In this document: in pieces, positions 27,101 through 43,600 of the stretch
Layout: every line of letters begins with the position of its first letter
How positions within the stretch are numbered: position 1 is the first letter of the stretch
Origin: the human T2T-CHM13v2.0 reference genome, Homo sapiens
Assembly: GCF_009914755.1 (NCBI RefSeq)
Contig: NC_060925.1
Strand: one strand, 5' to 3'
Length of the DNA: 64,000 bases
Made by a program: the position numbers and the translations under genes
Notes under the pieces: model-generated
Told to the model about the DNA's origin: nothing
Database searches by the model: none
The model's input: only the letters and a program-made list of their open reading frames with translations

Positions 27101-30100
27101 GAATGGAATCATTATTGAATGGAATTGAATGGAATCATCGAATGGTCTCGATTGGAATCATTATCAAATGGAATCGAATGGAATCACCGAATAGAATCGA
27201 ATGGAACAATCATCGAATGGACTCAAATGGAATTATCCTCAAATGGAATCGAATGGAATTATCGAATGCAATCGAATGGAATTATCGAATGCAATCGAAT
27301 AGAATCATCGAATGGACTCGAATGGAATCATCGAATGGAATGGAATGGAACAGTCAATGAACTCGAATGGAATCATCATTGAATGGAATCGAATGGAATC
27401 ATCGAGTGGAATCGAATGGAATTATGATCAAATGGAATCGAATGTAATCCTCATCAAATGGAATCAAAAATAACCATCATCAATTGGTATTGAATGGAAT
27501 CATCATCAAATGGAATTCAAAGGAATCATCATCAAATGGAACCGAATGGAATCCTCATTGAATGGAAATGAAAGTGGTCATCATCTAATGGAATCGCATG
27601 GAATCATCATCAAATGGAATCGAGTGGAATCATCATCAAATGGAATCTAAGGGAATCATTGAACAGAATTGAATGGAATCCTCATCGAATGAATTGAATG
27701 CAATCATCGAATGGTCTCGAATGGAATCATCTTCAAATGGAAAGGAATGGAATCATCGCATAGAATCGAATGGAATTATCATCGAATGGAATCCAATGGT
27801 ATCAACATCAAACGGAAAAAAACGGAATTATGGAATGGAATCGAAGAGAATCTTCGAACGGACCCGAATGGAATCATCTAATGGAATGGAATGGAATAAT
27901 CCATGTACTCGAATGCAATCATGATCAAATGGAATCGAATGGAATCATCGAATGGACTCGAATGGAATAATCATTGAACGGAATCGAATGGAATCATCAT
28001 CGGATGGAAACGAATGGAATCATCATCGAATGGAAATGAAAGGAGTCATCATCTAATGGAATTGCATGGAATCATCATAAAATGGAATCGAAGGGAATCA
28101 ACATCAAATGGAATCAAATGGAATCATTGAACGGAATTGAATGGAATCGTCATCGAATGAATTGACTGCAATCATCGAATGGTCTCGAATGGAATCATCT
28201 TCAAATGGAATGGAATGGAATCATCGCATAGAATCGAATGGAATTATCATCGAATGGATTCGAATGGAATCAACATCAAACGGAAAAAAACGGAATTATC
28301 GAATGGAATCGAAGGGAATCATCGAATGGACCCGAATGGAATCATCTAATGGAATGGAATGGAATAATCCATGGACTCGAATGCAATCATCATCGAATGG
28401 AATCGAATGGAATCATCGAATGGACTCGAATGGAATAATCATTGAACGGAATCGAATGGAATCATCATCGGATGGAAATGAATGGAATCATCATCGAATG
28501 GAATCGAATAGAATTATGGAATGAAATCCAGTGTGATCATCATCGAATGGACAAGAATGGAATCATCATCCAACGGAAGCTAATGGAATCAACATCGAAT
28601 GAATCAAATGGAAACACCATCGAATTGAAACGAATGGAATTACCATGAAATTGAAATGGATGGACTCATCATCGAATGGATTCGAATGGAATCATCGAAT
28701 AAAATTGATTGAAATCATCATCGAATGGAATCGAATGGTATCATTGAATGGAATCGAATGGAATCATCATCAGATGGAAATGAATGGAATCGTCATAGAA
28801 TGGAATCGAATGGATTCATTGAATGTAATCAGATGGAATCATCGAATGGACTGGAATGGAATCATTGAATGGACTCGAAAGGGATCATTATTGAATGGAA
28901 TTGAATGGAATCATCGAATGGTCTCGATTGGAATCATTATCAAATGGAATCGAATGGAATCACCGAATAGAATCGAATGGAACAATCATCGAATGGACTC
29001 AAATGGAATTATCCTCAAATGGAATCGAATGGAATTATCGAATGCAATCGAATGGAATTATCGAATGCAATCGAATAGAATCATCGAATGGACTCGAATG
29101 GAATCATCGAATGGAGTGGAATGGAACAGTCAATGAACTCGAATGGAATCATCATTGAATGGAATCGAATGGAATCATCGAGTGGAATCGAATGGAATTA
29201 TGATCAAATGGAATCGAATGTAATCATCATCAAATGGAATCAAAAATAACCATCATCAATTGGTATTGAATGGAATTCTCATCAAATGGAATTCAAAGGA
29301 ATCATCATCAAATGGAACCGAATGGAATCCTCATTGAATGGAAATGAAAGGGGTCATCATCTAATGGAATCGCATGGAATCATCATCAAATTGAATCGAA
29401 TGGAATCATCATCAAATGGAATCTAATGGAATCATTGAACAGAATTGAATGGAATCGTCATCGAATGAATTGAATGCAATCATCGAATGGTCTCGAATGG
29501 AATCATCTTCTAATGGAAAGGAATGGAATCATCGCATAGAAACGAATGGAATTATCATCGAATGGAATCGAATGGTATCAACACCAAACGGAAAAAAACG
29601 GAATTATCGAATGGAATCGAAGAGAATCTTCGAACGGACCCGAATGGAATCATCTAATGGAATGGAATGGAATAATCCATGGACTCGAATGCAATGATCA
29701 TCGAATGGAATCCAATGGAATCATCGAATGGACTCGAATGGAATAATCATTGAACGGAATCGAATGGAATCATCATCGGATGGAAATGAATGGAATCATC
29801 ATCGAATGGAATCGAATAGAATTATGGAATGAAATCCAGTGTGATCATCATCGAATGGACCCGAATGGAATCATCATCCATCGGAAGCAAATGGAATCAG
29901 CATCGAATGAATCGAATGGAAACACCATCGAATTGAAACGAATGGAATTATCATGAAATTGAAATGGATGGACTCATCATCGAATGGATTCGAATGGAAT
30001 CATCGAATAAAATTGATTGAAATCATCATCGAATGGAATCGAATGGTATCATTGAATGGAATCGAATGGAATCATCATCAGATGGAAATGAAAGGAATCG

Positions 30101-33100
30101 TCATAGAATGGAATCGAATGGATTCATTGAATGGAATCAGATGGAATCATTGAATGGACTGGAATGGAATCATTGAATGGACTCGAAAGGGATCATTATT
30201 GAATGGAATTGAATGGAATCATCGAATGGTCTCGATTGGAATCATTATCAAATGGAATCGAATGGAATCACCGAATAGAATCGAATGGAACAATCATCGA
30301 ATGGACTCAAATGGAATTATCCTCAAATGGAATTGAATGGAATTATCGAATGCAATCGAATGGAATTATCGAATGCAATCGAATAGAATCATCGAATGGA
30401 CTCGAATGGAATCATCGAATGGAATGGAATGGAACAGTCAATGAACTCGAATGGAATCATCATTGAATGGAATCGAATGGAATCATCGAGTGGAATCGAA
30501 TGTAATCATCATCAAATGGAATCAAAAATAACCATCATCAAATGGAATCAAAAATAACAATCATCAATTGGTATTGAATGGAATTCTCATCAAATGGAAT
30601 TCAAAGGAATCATCATCAAATGGAACCGAATGGAATCCTCATTGAATGGAAATGAAAGGGGTCATCATCTAATGGAATCGCATGGAATCATCATCAAATG
30701 GAATCGAATGGAATCATCATCAAATGGAATCTAATGGAATCATTGAAAAGAATTGAATGGAATCGTCATCGAATGAATTGAATGCAATCATCGAATGGTC
30801 TCGAATGGAATCATCTTCTAATGGAAAGGAATGGAATCATCGCATAGAATCGAATGGAATTAACATTGAATGGAATCGAATGGAATCAACATCAAATGGA
30901 ATCAAGCGGAATTATCGAATGAAATCGAAGAGAATCATCGAATGGACTCGAATGGGATCATCTAATGGAATGGAATGGAATAATCCACGGACTCGAATGC
31001 AATCATCATCGTATAGAATCGAATGGAATCATCGAATGGACTCGAATGGAATAACCATTGAACGGAATCGAATGGAATCATCATCGGATGGAAACGAATG
31101 GAATCATCATCGAATGGAAATGAAAGGAGTCATCATCTAATGGAATTGCATGGAATCATCATAAAATGGAATCGAATGGAATCATCATCAAATGGAATCA
31201 AATGGAAGCATTGAACGGAATTGAATGGAATCGTCATCGAATGAATTGAATGCAATCATCGAATGGTCTCGAATGGAATCATCTTCAAATGGAATGGAAT
31301 GGAATCATCGCATAGAATCGAATGGAATTATCATCGAATGGAATCGAATGGTATCAACATCAAACGGAAAAAAACGGAATTACCGAATGGAATCGAAGAG
31401 AATCTTCGAACGAACCCGAATGGAATCATCTAATGGAATGGAATGGAATAATCCATGGACTCGAATGCAATCATCATCGAATGGAATCGAATGGAATCAT
31501 TGAATGGACTCGAATGGAATAATCATTGAACGGAATCGAATGGAATCATCATCGGATGGAAATGAATGGAATCCTCATCGAATGGAATCGAATAGAATTA
31601 TGGAATGAAATCCAGTGTGATCATCATCGAATGGACCCGAATGGAATCATCATCCAACGGAAGCTAATGGAATCAACATCGAATGAATCGAATGGAAACA
31701 CCATCGAATTGAAACGAATGGAATTATCATGAAATTGAAATGGATGGACCCATCATCGAATGGATTCGAATGGAATCATCGAATAAAATTGATTGAAATC
31801 ATCATCAAATGGAATCGAATGGTGTCATTGAATGGGATCGAATGGAATCATCGTCAGATGGAAATGAATGGAATCGTCATAGAATGGAATCGAATGGATT
31901 CATTGAATGGAATCAGATGGAATCATCGAATGGACTGGAATGGAATCATTGAATGGACACGAATGGAATCATTATTGAATGGAATTGAATGGAATCATCG
32001 AATGGTCTCGATTGGAATCATTATCAAATGGAATCGAATGGAATCACCGAATAGAATCGAATGGAACAATCATCGAATGGACTCAAATGGAATTATCCTC
32101 AAATGGAATCGAATGGAATTATCGAATGCAATCGAATGGAATTATCGAATGCAATCGAATAGAATCATCGAATGGACTCGAATGGAATCATCGAATGGAA
32201 TGGAATGGAACAGTCAATGAACTCGAATGGAATCATCATTGAATGGAATCGAATGGAATCATCGAGTGGAATCGAATGGAATTATGATCAAATGGAATCG
32301 AATGTAATCCTCATCAAATGGAATCAAAAATAACCATCATCAATTGGTATTGAATGGAATTGTCATCAAATGGAATTCAAAGGAATCATCATCAAATGGA
32401 ACCGAATGGAATCCTCATTGAATGGAAATGAAAGTGGTCATCATCTAATGGAATCGCATGGAATCATCATCAAATGGAATCGAATGGAATCATCATCAAA
32501 TGGAATCTAAGGGAATCATTGAACAGAATTGAATGGAATCCTCATCGAATGAATTGAATGCAATCATCGAATGGTCTCGAATGGAATCATCTTCAAATGG
32601 AAAGGAATGGAATCATCGCATAGAATCGAATGGAATTATCATCGAATGGAATCGAATGGTATCAACATCAAACGGAAAAAAACGGAATTATGGAATGGAA
32701 TCGAAGAGAATCTTCGAACGGACCCGAATGGAATCATCTAATGGAATGGAATGGAATAATCCATGGACTCGAATGCAATGATCATCGAATGGAATCCAAT
32801 GGAATCATCGAATGGACTCGAATGGAATAATCATTGAACGGAATCGAATGGAATCATCATCGGATGGAAACGAATGGAATCATCATCGAATGGGAATGAA
32901 AGGAGTCATCATCTAATGGAATTGCATGGAATCATCATAAAATGGAATCGAAGGGAATCAACATCAAATGGAATCAAATGGAATCATTGAACGGAATTGA
33001 ATGGAATCGTCATCGAATGAATTGACTGCAATCATCGAATGGTCTCGAATGGAATCATCTTCAAATGGAATGGAATGGAATCATCGCATAGAATCGAATG

Positions 33101-34640
33101 GAATTATCATCGAATGGATTCGAATGGAATCAACATCAAACGGAAAAAAACGGAATTATCGAATGGAATCGAAGGGAATCATCGAATGGACCCGAATGGA
33201 ATCATCTAATGGAATGGAATGGAATAATCCATGGACTCGAATGCAATCATCATCGAATGGAATCGAATGGAATCATCGAATGGACTCGAATGGAATAATC
33301 ATTGAACGGAATCGAATGGAATCATCATCGGATGGAAATGAATGGAATCATCATCGAATGGAATCGAATAGAATTATGGAATGAAATCCAGTGTGATCAT
33401 CATCGAATGGACAAGAATGGAATCATCATCCAACGGAAGCTAATGGAATCAACATCGAATGAATCAAATGGAAACACCATCGAATTGAAACGAATGGAAT
33501 TACCATGAAATTGAAATGGATGGACTCATCATCGAATGGATTCGAATGGAATCATCGAATAAAATTGATTGAAATCATCATCGAATGGAATCGAATGGTA
33601 TCATTGAGTGGAATCGAATGGAATCATCATCAGATGGAAATGAATGGAATCGTCATAGAATGGAATCGAATGGATTCATTGAATGGAATCAGATGGAATC
33701 ATCGAATGGACTGGAATGGAATCATTGAATGGACTCGAAAGGGATCATTATTGAATGGAATTGAATGGAATCATCGAATGGTCTCGATTGGAATCATTAT
33801 CAAATGGAATCGAATGGAATCACCGAATAGAATCGAATGGAACAATCATCGAATGGACTCAAATGGAATTATCCTCAAATGGAATCGAATGGAATTATCG
33901 AATGCAATCGAATGGAATTATCGAATGCAATCGAATAGAATCATCGAATGGACTCGAATGGAATCATCGAATGGAGTGGAATGGAACAGTCAATGAACTC
34001 GAATGGAATCATCATTGAATGGAATCGAATGGAATCATCGAGTGGAATCGAATGGAATTATGATCAAATGGAATCGAATGTAATCATCATCAAATGGAAT
34101 CAAAAATAACCATCATCAATTGGTATTGAATGGAATTCTCATCAAATGGAATTCAAAGGAATCATCATCAAATGGAACCGAATGGAATCCTCATTGAATG
34201 GAAATGAAAGGGGTCATCATCTAATGGAATCGCATGGAATCATCATCAAATTGAATCGAATGGAATCATCATCAAATGGAATCTAATGGAATCATTGAAC
34301 AGAATTGAATGGAATCGTCATCGAATGAATTGAATGCAATCATCGAATGGTCTCGAATGGAATCATCTTCTAATGGAAAGGAATGGAATCATCGCATAGA
34401 AACGAATGGAATTATCATCGAATGGAATCGAATGGTATCAACACCAAACGGAAAAAAACGGAATTATCGAATGGAATCGAAGAGAATCTTCGAACGGACC
34501 CGAATGGAATCATCTAATGGAATGGAATGGAATAATCCATGGACTCGAATGCAATGATCATCGAATGGAATCCAATGGAATCATCGAATGGACTCGAATG
34601 GAATAATCATTGAACGGAATCGAATGGAATCATCATCGGA
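24850..34640. repeat. Tandem duplication, period 4860 bp (1776+1776+1308)
   Basis: Paired landmarks at 25093/29953, 25897/30757, 26869/31729, 28141/33001, 28645/33505 and 29449/34309, with shared diagnostic variants. Confidence 0.9.
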
Positions 34641-37600
34641 TGGAAACGAATGGAATCATCATCGAATGGAATCGAATAGAATTATGGAATGAAATCCAGT
34701 GTGATCATCATCGAATGGACCCGAATGGAATCATCATCCAACGGAAGCTAATGGAATCAACATGGAATGAATCAAATGGAAACACCATCGAATTGAAACG
34801 AATGGAATTACCATGAAATTGAAATGGATGGACTCATCATCAAATGGATTCGAATGGAATCATCGAATAAAATTGATTGAAATCATCATCGAATGGAATC
34901 GAATGGTATCATTGAATGGAATCGAATGGAATCATCATCAGATGGAAATGAATGGAATCGTCATAGAATGGAATCGAATGGATTCATTGAATGGAATCAG
35001 ATGGAATCAATGAATGGACTGGAATGGAATCATTGAATGGACTCGAAAGGGATCATTATTGAATGGAATTGAATGGAATCATCGAATGGTCTCGATTGGA
35101 ATCATTATCAAATGGAATCGAATGGAATCACCGAATAGAATCGAATGGAACAATCATCGAATGGACTCAAATGGAATTATCCTCCAATGGAATCGAACGG
35201 AATTATCGAATGCAATCGAATGGAATTATCGAATGCAATCGAATAGAATCATCGAATGGACTCGAATGGAATCATCGAATGGAATGGAATGGAACAGTCA
35301 ATGAACTCGAATGGAATCATCATTGAATGGAATCGAATGGAATCATCGAGTGGAATCGAAAGGAATTATGACCAAATGGAATCGAATGTAATCATCATCA
35401 AATGGAATCAAAAATAACCATCATGAATTGGTATTGAATGGAATTGTCATCAAATGGAATTCAAAGGAATCATCATCAAATGGAACCGAATGGAATCCTC
35501 ATTGAATGGAAATGAAAGGGGTTATCATCTAATGGAATCGCATGGAATCATCATCAAATGGAATCGAATGGAATCATCATCAAATGGAATCTAATGGAAT
35601 CATTGAAAAGAATTGAATGGAATCGTCATCGAATGAATTGAATGCAATCATCGAATGGTCTCGAATGGAATCATCTTCTAATGGAAAGGAATGGAATCAT
35701 CGCATAGAATCGAATGCAATTATCATCGAATGGAATCGAATGGTATCAACACCAAACGGAAAAAAACGGAATTATCGAATGGAATCGAAGAGAATCTTCG
35801 AACGGACCCGAATGGAATCATCTAATGGAATGGAATGGAATAATCCATGGACTCGAATGCAATCATCATCGAATGGAATCGAATGGAATCATCGAATGGA
35901 CTCGAATGGAATAATCATTGAACGGAATCGAATGGAATCATCATCGGATGGAAACGAATGGAATCATCATCGAATGGAAATGAAAGGAGTCATCATCTAA
36001 TGGAATTGCATGGAATCATCATCAAATGGAATCGAATGGAATCAACATCAAATGGAATCAAATGGAATCATTGAACGGAATTGAATGGAATCGTCATCGA
36101 ATGAATTGACTGCAATCATCGAATGGTCTCGAATGGAATCATCTTCAAATGGAATGGAATGGAATCATCGCATAGAATCGAATGGAATTATCATCGAATG
36201 GAATCGAATGGAATCAACATCAAACGGAAAAAAACGGAATTATCGAATGGAATCGAAGAGAATCATCGAATGGACCCGAATGGAATCATCTAATGGAATG
36301 GAATGGAATAATCCATGGACTCGAATGCAATCATCACCGAATGGAATCGAATGGAATCATCGAATGGACTCGAATGGAATAATCATTGAACGGAATCGAA
36401 TGGAATCATCATCGGATGGAAATGAAAGGAGTCATCATCTAATGGAATTGCATGGAATCATCATAAAATGGAATCGAATGGAATCAACATCAAATGGAAT
36501 CAAATGGAATCATTGAACGGAATTGAATGGAATCGTCATCGAATGAATTGAATGCAATCATCGAATGGTCTCGAATGGAATCATCTTCAAATGGAATGGA
36601 ATGGAATGGAATCATCGCATAGAATCGAATGGAATTATCATCGAATGGAATCGAATGGAATCAACATCAAACGGAAAAATACGGAATTATCGAATGGAAT
36701 CGAAGAGAATCATCGAATGGACCCGAATGGAATCATCTAATGGAATGGAATGGAATAATCCATGGACTCGAATGCAATCATCATCGAATGGAATCGAATG
36801 GAATCATCGAATGGACTCGTATGGAATAATCATTGAACGGAATCGAATGGAATCGTCATCGGATGGAAATGAATGGAATCATCATCGAATGGAATCGAAT
36901 AGAATTATGGAATGAAATCCAGTGTGATCATCATCGAATGGACCCGAATGGAATCATCATCCAACGGAAGCTAATGGAATCAACATCGAATGAATCGAAT
37001 GGAAACGCCATCGAATTGAAACGAATGGAATTACAATGAAATTGAAATGGATGGACTCATCATCGAATGGATTCCAATGGAATCATCGAATAAAATTGAT
37101 TGAAATCATCATCGAATGGTATCGAATGGTATCATTGAATGGAATCGAATGGAATCATCATCAGATGGAAATGAATGGAATCGTCATAGAATGGAATCGA
37201 ATGGATTCATTGAATGGAATCAGATGGAATCATCGAATGGACTGGAATGGAATCATTGAATGGACTCGAAAGGGATCATGATTGAATGGAATTGAATGGA
37301 ATCATCGAATGGTCTCGATTGGAATCATTATCAAATGGAATCGAATGGAATCACCGAATAGAATCGAATGGAACAATCATCGAATGGACTCAAATGGAAT
37401 TATCCTCAAATGGAATCGAATGGAATTATCGAATGCAATCGAATGGAATTATCGAATGCAATCGAATAGAATCATCGAATGGACTCGAATGGAATCATCG
37501 AATGGAATGGAATGGAACAGTCAATGAACTCGAATGGAATCATCATTGAATGGAATCGAATGGAATCATCGAGTGGAATCGAATGGAATTATGATCAAAT

Positions 37601-40600
37601 GGAATCGAATGTAATCATCATCAAATGGAATCAAAAATAACCATCATCAAATGGAATCAAAAATAACAATCATCAATTGGTATTGAATGGAATTCTCATC
37701 AAATGGAATTCAAAGGAATCATCATCAAATGGAACCGAATGGAATCCTCATTGAATGGAAATGAAAGGGGTCATCATCTAATGGAATCGCATGGAATCAT
37801 CATCAAATGGAATCGAATGGAATCATCATCAAATGGAATCTAATGGAATCATTGAAAAGAATTGAATGGAATCGTCATCGAATGAATTGAATGCAATCAT
37901 CGAATGGTCTCGAATGGAATCATCTTCTAATGGAAAGGAATGGAATCATCGCATAGAATCGAATGGAATTAACATTGAATGGAATCGAATGGAATCAACA
38001 TCAAATGGAATCAAGCGGAATTATCGAATGAAATCGAAGAGAATCATCGAATGGACTCGAATGGAATCATCTAATGGAATGGAATGGAATAATCCACGGA
38101 CTCGAATGCAATCATCATCGTATAGAATCGAATGGAATCATCGAATGGACTCGAATGGAATAACCATTGAACGGAATCGAATGGAATCATCATCGGATGG
38201 AAACGAATGGAATCATCATCGAATGGAAATGAAAGGAGTCATCATCTAATGGAATTGCATGGAATCATCATAAAATGGAATCGAATGGAATCATCATCAA
38301 ATGGAATCAAATGGAAGCATTGAACGGAATTGAATGGAATCGTCATCGAATGAATTGAATGCAATCATCGAATGGTCTCGAATGGAATCATCTTCAAATG
38401 GAATGGAATGGAATCATCGCATAGAATCGAATGGAATTATCATCGAATGGAATCGAATGGTATCAACATCAAACGGAAAAAAACGGAATTACCGAATGGA
38501 ATCGAAGAGAATCTTCGAACGGACCCGAATGGAATCATCTAATGGAATGGAATGGAATAATCCATGGACTCGAATGCAATCATCATCGAATGGAATCGAA
38601 TGGAATCATTGAATGGACTCGAATGGAATAATCATTGAACGGAATCGAATGGAATCATCATCGGATGGAAATGAATGGAATCCTCATCGAATGGAATCGA
38701 ATAGAATTATGGAATGAAATCCAGTGTGATCATCATCGAATGGACCCGAATGGAATCATCATCCAACGGAAGCTAATGGAATCAACATCGAATGAATCGA
38801 ATGGAAACACCATCGAATTGAAACGAATGGAATTATCATGAAATTGAAATGGATGGACCCATCATCGAATGGATTCGAATGGAATCATCGAATAAAATTG
38901 ATTGAAATCATCATCAAATGGAATCGAATGGTGTCATTGAATGGGATCGAATGGAATCATCGTCAGATGGAAATGAATGGAATCGTCATAGAATGGAATC
39001 GAATGGATTCATTGAATGGAATCAGATGGAATCATCGAATGGACTGGAATGGAATCATTGAATGGACACGAATGGAATCATTATTGAATGGAATTGAATG
39101 GAATCATCGAATGGTCTCGATTGGAATCATTATCAAATGGAATCGAATGGAATCACCGAATAGAATCGAATGGAACAATCATCGAATGGACTCAAATTGA
39201 ATTATCCTCAAATGGAATCGAATGGAATTATCGAATGCAATCGAATGGAATTATCGAATGCAATCGAATAGAATCATCGAATGGACTCGAATGGAATCAT
39301 CGAATGGAATGGAATGGAACAGTCAATGAACTCGAATGGAATCATCATTGAATGGAATCGAATGGAATCATCGAGTGGAATCGAATGGAATTATGATCAA
39401 ATGGAATCGAATGTAATCCTCATCAAATGGAATCAAAAATAACCATCATCAATTGGTATTGAATGGAATTGTCATCAAATGGAATTCAAAGGAATCATCA
39501 TCAAATGGAACCGAATGGAATCCTCATTGAATGGAAATGAAAGTGGTCATCATCTAATGGAATCGCATGGAATCATCATCAAATGGAATCGAGTGGAATC
39601 ATCATCAAATGGAATCTAAGGGAATCATTGAACAGAATTGAATGGAATCCTCATCGAATGAATTGAATGCAATCATCGAATGGTCTCGAATGGAATCATC
39701 TTCAAATGGAAAGGAATGGAATCATCGCATAGAATCGAATGGAATTATCATCGAATGGAATCCAATGGTATCAACATCAAACGGAAAAAAACGGAATTAT
39801 GGAATGGAATCGAAGAGAATCTTCGAACGGACCCGAATGGAATCATCTAATGGAATGGAATGGAATAATCCATGGACTCGAATGCAATCATGATCCAATG
39901 GAATCGAATGGAATCATCGAATGGACTCGAATGGAATAATCATTGAACGGAATCGAATGGAATCATCATCGGATGGAAACGAATGGAATCATCATCGAAT
40001 GGAAATGAAAGGAGTCATCATCTAATGGAATTGCATGGAATCATCATAAAATGGAATCGAAGGGAATCAACATCAAATGGAATCAAATGGAATCATTGAA
40101 CGGAATTGAATGGAATCGTCATCGAATGAATTGACTGCAATCATCGAATGGTCTCGAATGGAATCATCTTCAAATGGAATGGAATGGAATCATCGCATAG
40201 AATCGAATGGAATTATCATCGAATGGATTCGAATGGAATCAACATCAAACGGAAAAAAACGGAATTATCGAATGGAATCGAAGGGAATCATCGAATGGAC
40301 CCGAATGGAATCATCTAATGGAATGGAATGGAATAATCCATGGACTCGAATGCAATCATCATCGAATGGAATCGAATGGAATCATCGAATGGACTCGAAT
40401 GGAATAATCATTGAACGGAATCGAATGGAATCATCATCGGATGGAAATGAATGGAATCATCATCGAATGGAATCGAATAGAATTATGGAATGAAATCCAG
40501 TGTGATCATCATCGAATGGACAAGAATGGAATCATCATCCAACGGAAGCTAATGGAATCAACATCGAATGAATCAAATGGAAACACCATCGAATTGAAAC

Positions 40601-43600
40601 GAATGGAATTACCATGAAATTGAAATGGATGGACTCATCATCGAATGGATTCGAATGGAATCATCGAATAAAATTGATTGAAATCATCATCGAATGGAAT
40701 CGAATGGTATCATTGAATGGAATCGAATGGAATCATCATCAGATGGAAATGAATGGAATCGTCATAGAATGGAATCGAATGGATTCATTGAATGGAATCA
40801 GATGGAATCATCGAATGGACTGGAATGGAATCATTGAATGGACTCGAAAGGGATCATGATTGAATGGAATTGAATGGAATCATCGAATGGTCTCGATTGG
40901 AATCATTATCAAATGGAATCGAATGGAATCACCGAATAGAATCGAATGGAACAATCATCGAATGGACTCAAATGGAATTATCCTCCAATGGAATCGAATG
41001 GAATTATCGAATGCAATCGAATGGAATTATCGAATGCAATCGAATAGAATCATCGAATGGACTCGAATGGAATCATCGAATGGAGTGGAATGGAACAGTC
41101 AATGAACTCGAATGGAATCATCATTGAATGGAATCGAATGGAATCATCGAGTGGAATCGAATGGAATTATGATCAAATGGAATCGAATGTAATCATCATC
41201 AAATGGAATCAAAAATAACCATCATCAATTGGTATTGAATGGAATTCTCATCAAATGGAATTCAAAGGAATCATCATCAAATGGAACCGAATGGAATCCT
41301 CATTGAATGGAAATGAAAGGGGTCATCATCTAATGGAATCGCATGGAATCATCATCAAATTGAATCGAATGGAATCATCATCAAATGGAATCTAATGGAA
41401 TCATTGAACGGAATTGAATGGAATCGTCATCGAATGAATTGACTGCAATCATCGAATGGTCTCGAATGGAATCATCTTCAAATGGAAAGGAATGGAATCA
41501 TCGCATAGAATCGAATGGAATTATCATCGAATGGAATCCAATGGTATCAACATCAAACGGAAAAAAACGGAATTATGGAATGGAATCGAAGAGAATCTTC
41601 GAACGGACCCGAATGGAATCATCTAATGGAATGGAATGGAATAATCCATGGACTCGAATGCAATCATGATCCAATGGAATCGAATGGAATCATCGAATGG
41701 ACTCGAATGGAATAATCATTGAACGGAATCGAATGGAATCATCATCGGATGGAAACGAATGGAATCATCATCGAATGGAAATGAAAGGAGTCATCATCTA
41801 ATGGAATTGCATGGAATCATCATAAAATGGAATCGAAGGGAATCAACATCAAATGGAATCAAATGGAATCATTGAACGGAATTGAATGGAATCGTCATCG
41901 AATGAATTGACTGCAATCATCGAATGGTCTCGAATGGAATCATCTTCAAATGGAATGGAATGGAATCATCGCATAGAATCGAATGGAATTATCATCGAAT
42001 GGATTCGAATGGAATCAACATCAAACGGAAAAAAACGGAATTATCGAATGGAATCGAAGGGAATCATCGAATGGACCCGAATGGAATCATCTAATGGAAT
42101 GGAATGGAATAATCCATGGACTCGAATGCAATCATCATCGAATGGAATCGAATGGAATCATCGAATGGACTCGAATGGAATAATCATTGAACGGAATCGA
42201 ATGGAATCATCATCGGATGGAAATGAATGGAATCATCATCGAATGGAATCGAATAGAATTATGGAATGAAATCCAGTGTGATCATCATCGAATGGACAAG
42301 AATGGAATCATCATCCAACGGAAGCTAAAGGAATCAACATCGAATGAATCAAATGGAAACACCATCGAATTGAAACGAATGGAATTACCATGAAATTGAA
42401 ATGGATGGACTCATCATCGAATGGATTCGAATGGAATCATCGAATAAAATTGATTGAAATCATCATCGAATGGAATCGAATGGTATCATTGAATGGAATC
42501 GAATGGAATCATCATCAGATGGAAATGAATGGAATCGTCATAGAATGGAATCGAATGGATTCATTGAATGGAATCAGATGGAATCATCGAATGGACTGGA
42601 ATGGAATCATTGAATGGACTCGAAAGGGATCATGATTGAATGGAATTGAATGGAATCATCGAATGGTCTCGATTGGAATCATTATCAAATGGAATCGAAT
42701 GGAATCACCGAATAGAATCGAATGGAACAATCATCGAATGGACTCAAATGGAATTATCCTCCAATGGAATCGAATGGAATTATCGAATGCAATCGAATGG
42801 AATTATCGAATGCAATCGAATAGAATCATCGAATGGACTCGAATGGAATCATCGAATGGAGTGGAATGGAACAGTCAATGAACTCGAATGGAATCATCAT
42901 TGAATGGAATCGAATGGAATCATCGAGTGGAATCGAATGGAATTATGATCAAATGGAATCGAATGTAATCATCATCAAATGGAATCAAAAATAACCATCA
43001 TCAATTGGTATTGAATGGAATTCTCATCAAATGGAATTCAAAGGAATCATCATCAAATGGAACCGAATGGAATCCTCATTGAATGGAAATGAAAGGGGTC
43101 ATCATCTAATGGAATCGCATGGAATCATCATCAAATTGAATCGAATGGAATCATCATCAAATGGAATCTAATGGAATCATTGAACAGAATTGAATGGAAT
43201 CGTCATCGAATGAATTGAATGCAATCATCGAATGGTCTCGAATGGAATCATCTTCTAATGGAAAGGAATGGAATCATCGCATAGAAACGAATGGAATTAT
43301 CATCGAATGGAATCGAATGGTATCAACACCAAACGGAAAAAAACGGAATTATCGAATGGAATCGAAGAGAATCTTCGAACGGACCCGAATGGAATCATCT
43401 AATGGAATGGAATGGAATAATCCATGGACTCGAATGCAATGATCATCGAATGGAATCCAATGGAATCATCGAATGGACTCGAATGGAATAATCATTGAAC
43501 GGAATCGAATGGAATCATCATCGGATGGAAACGAATGGAATCATCATCGAATGGAATCGAATAGAATTATGGAATGAAATCCAGTGTGATCATCATCGAA

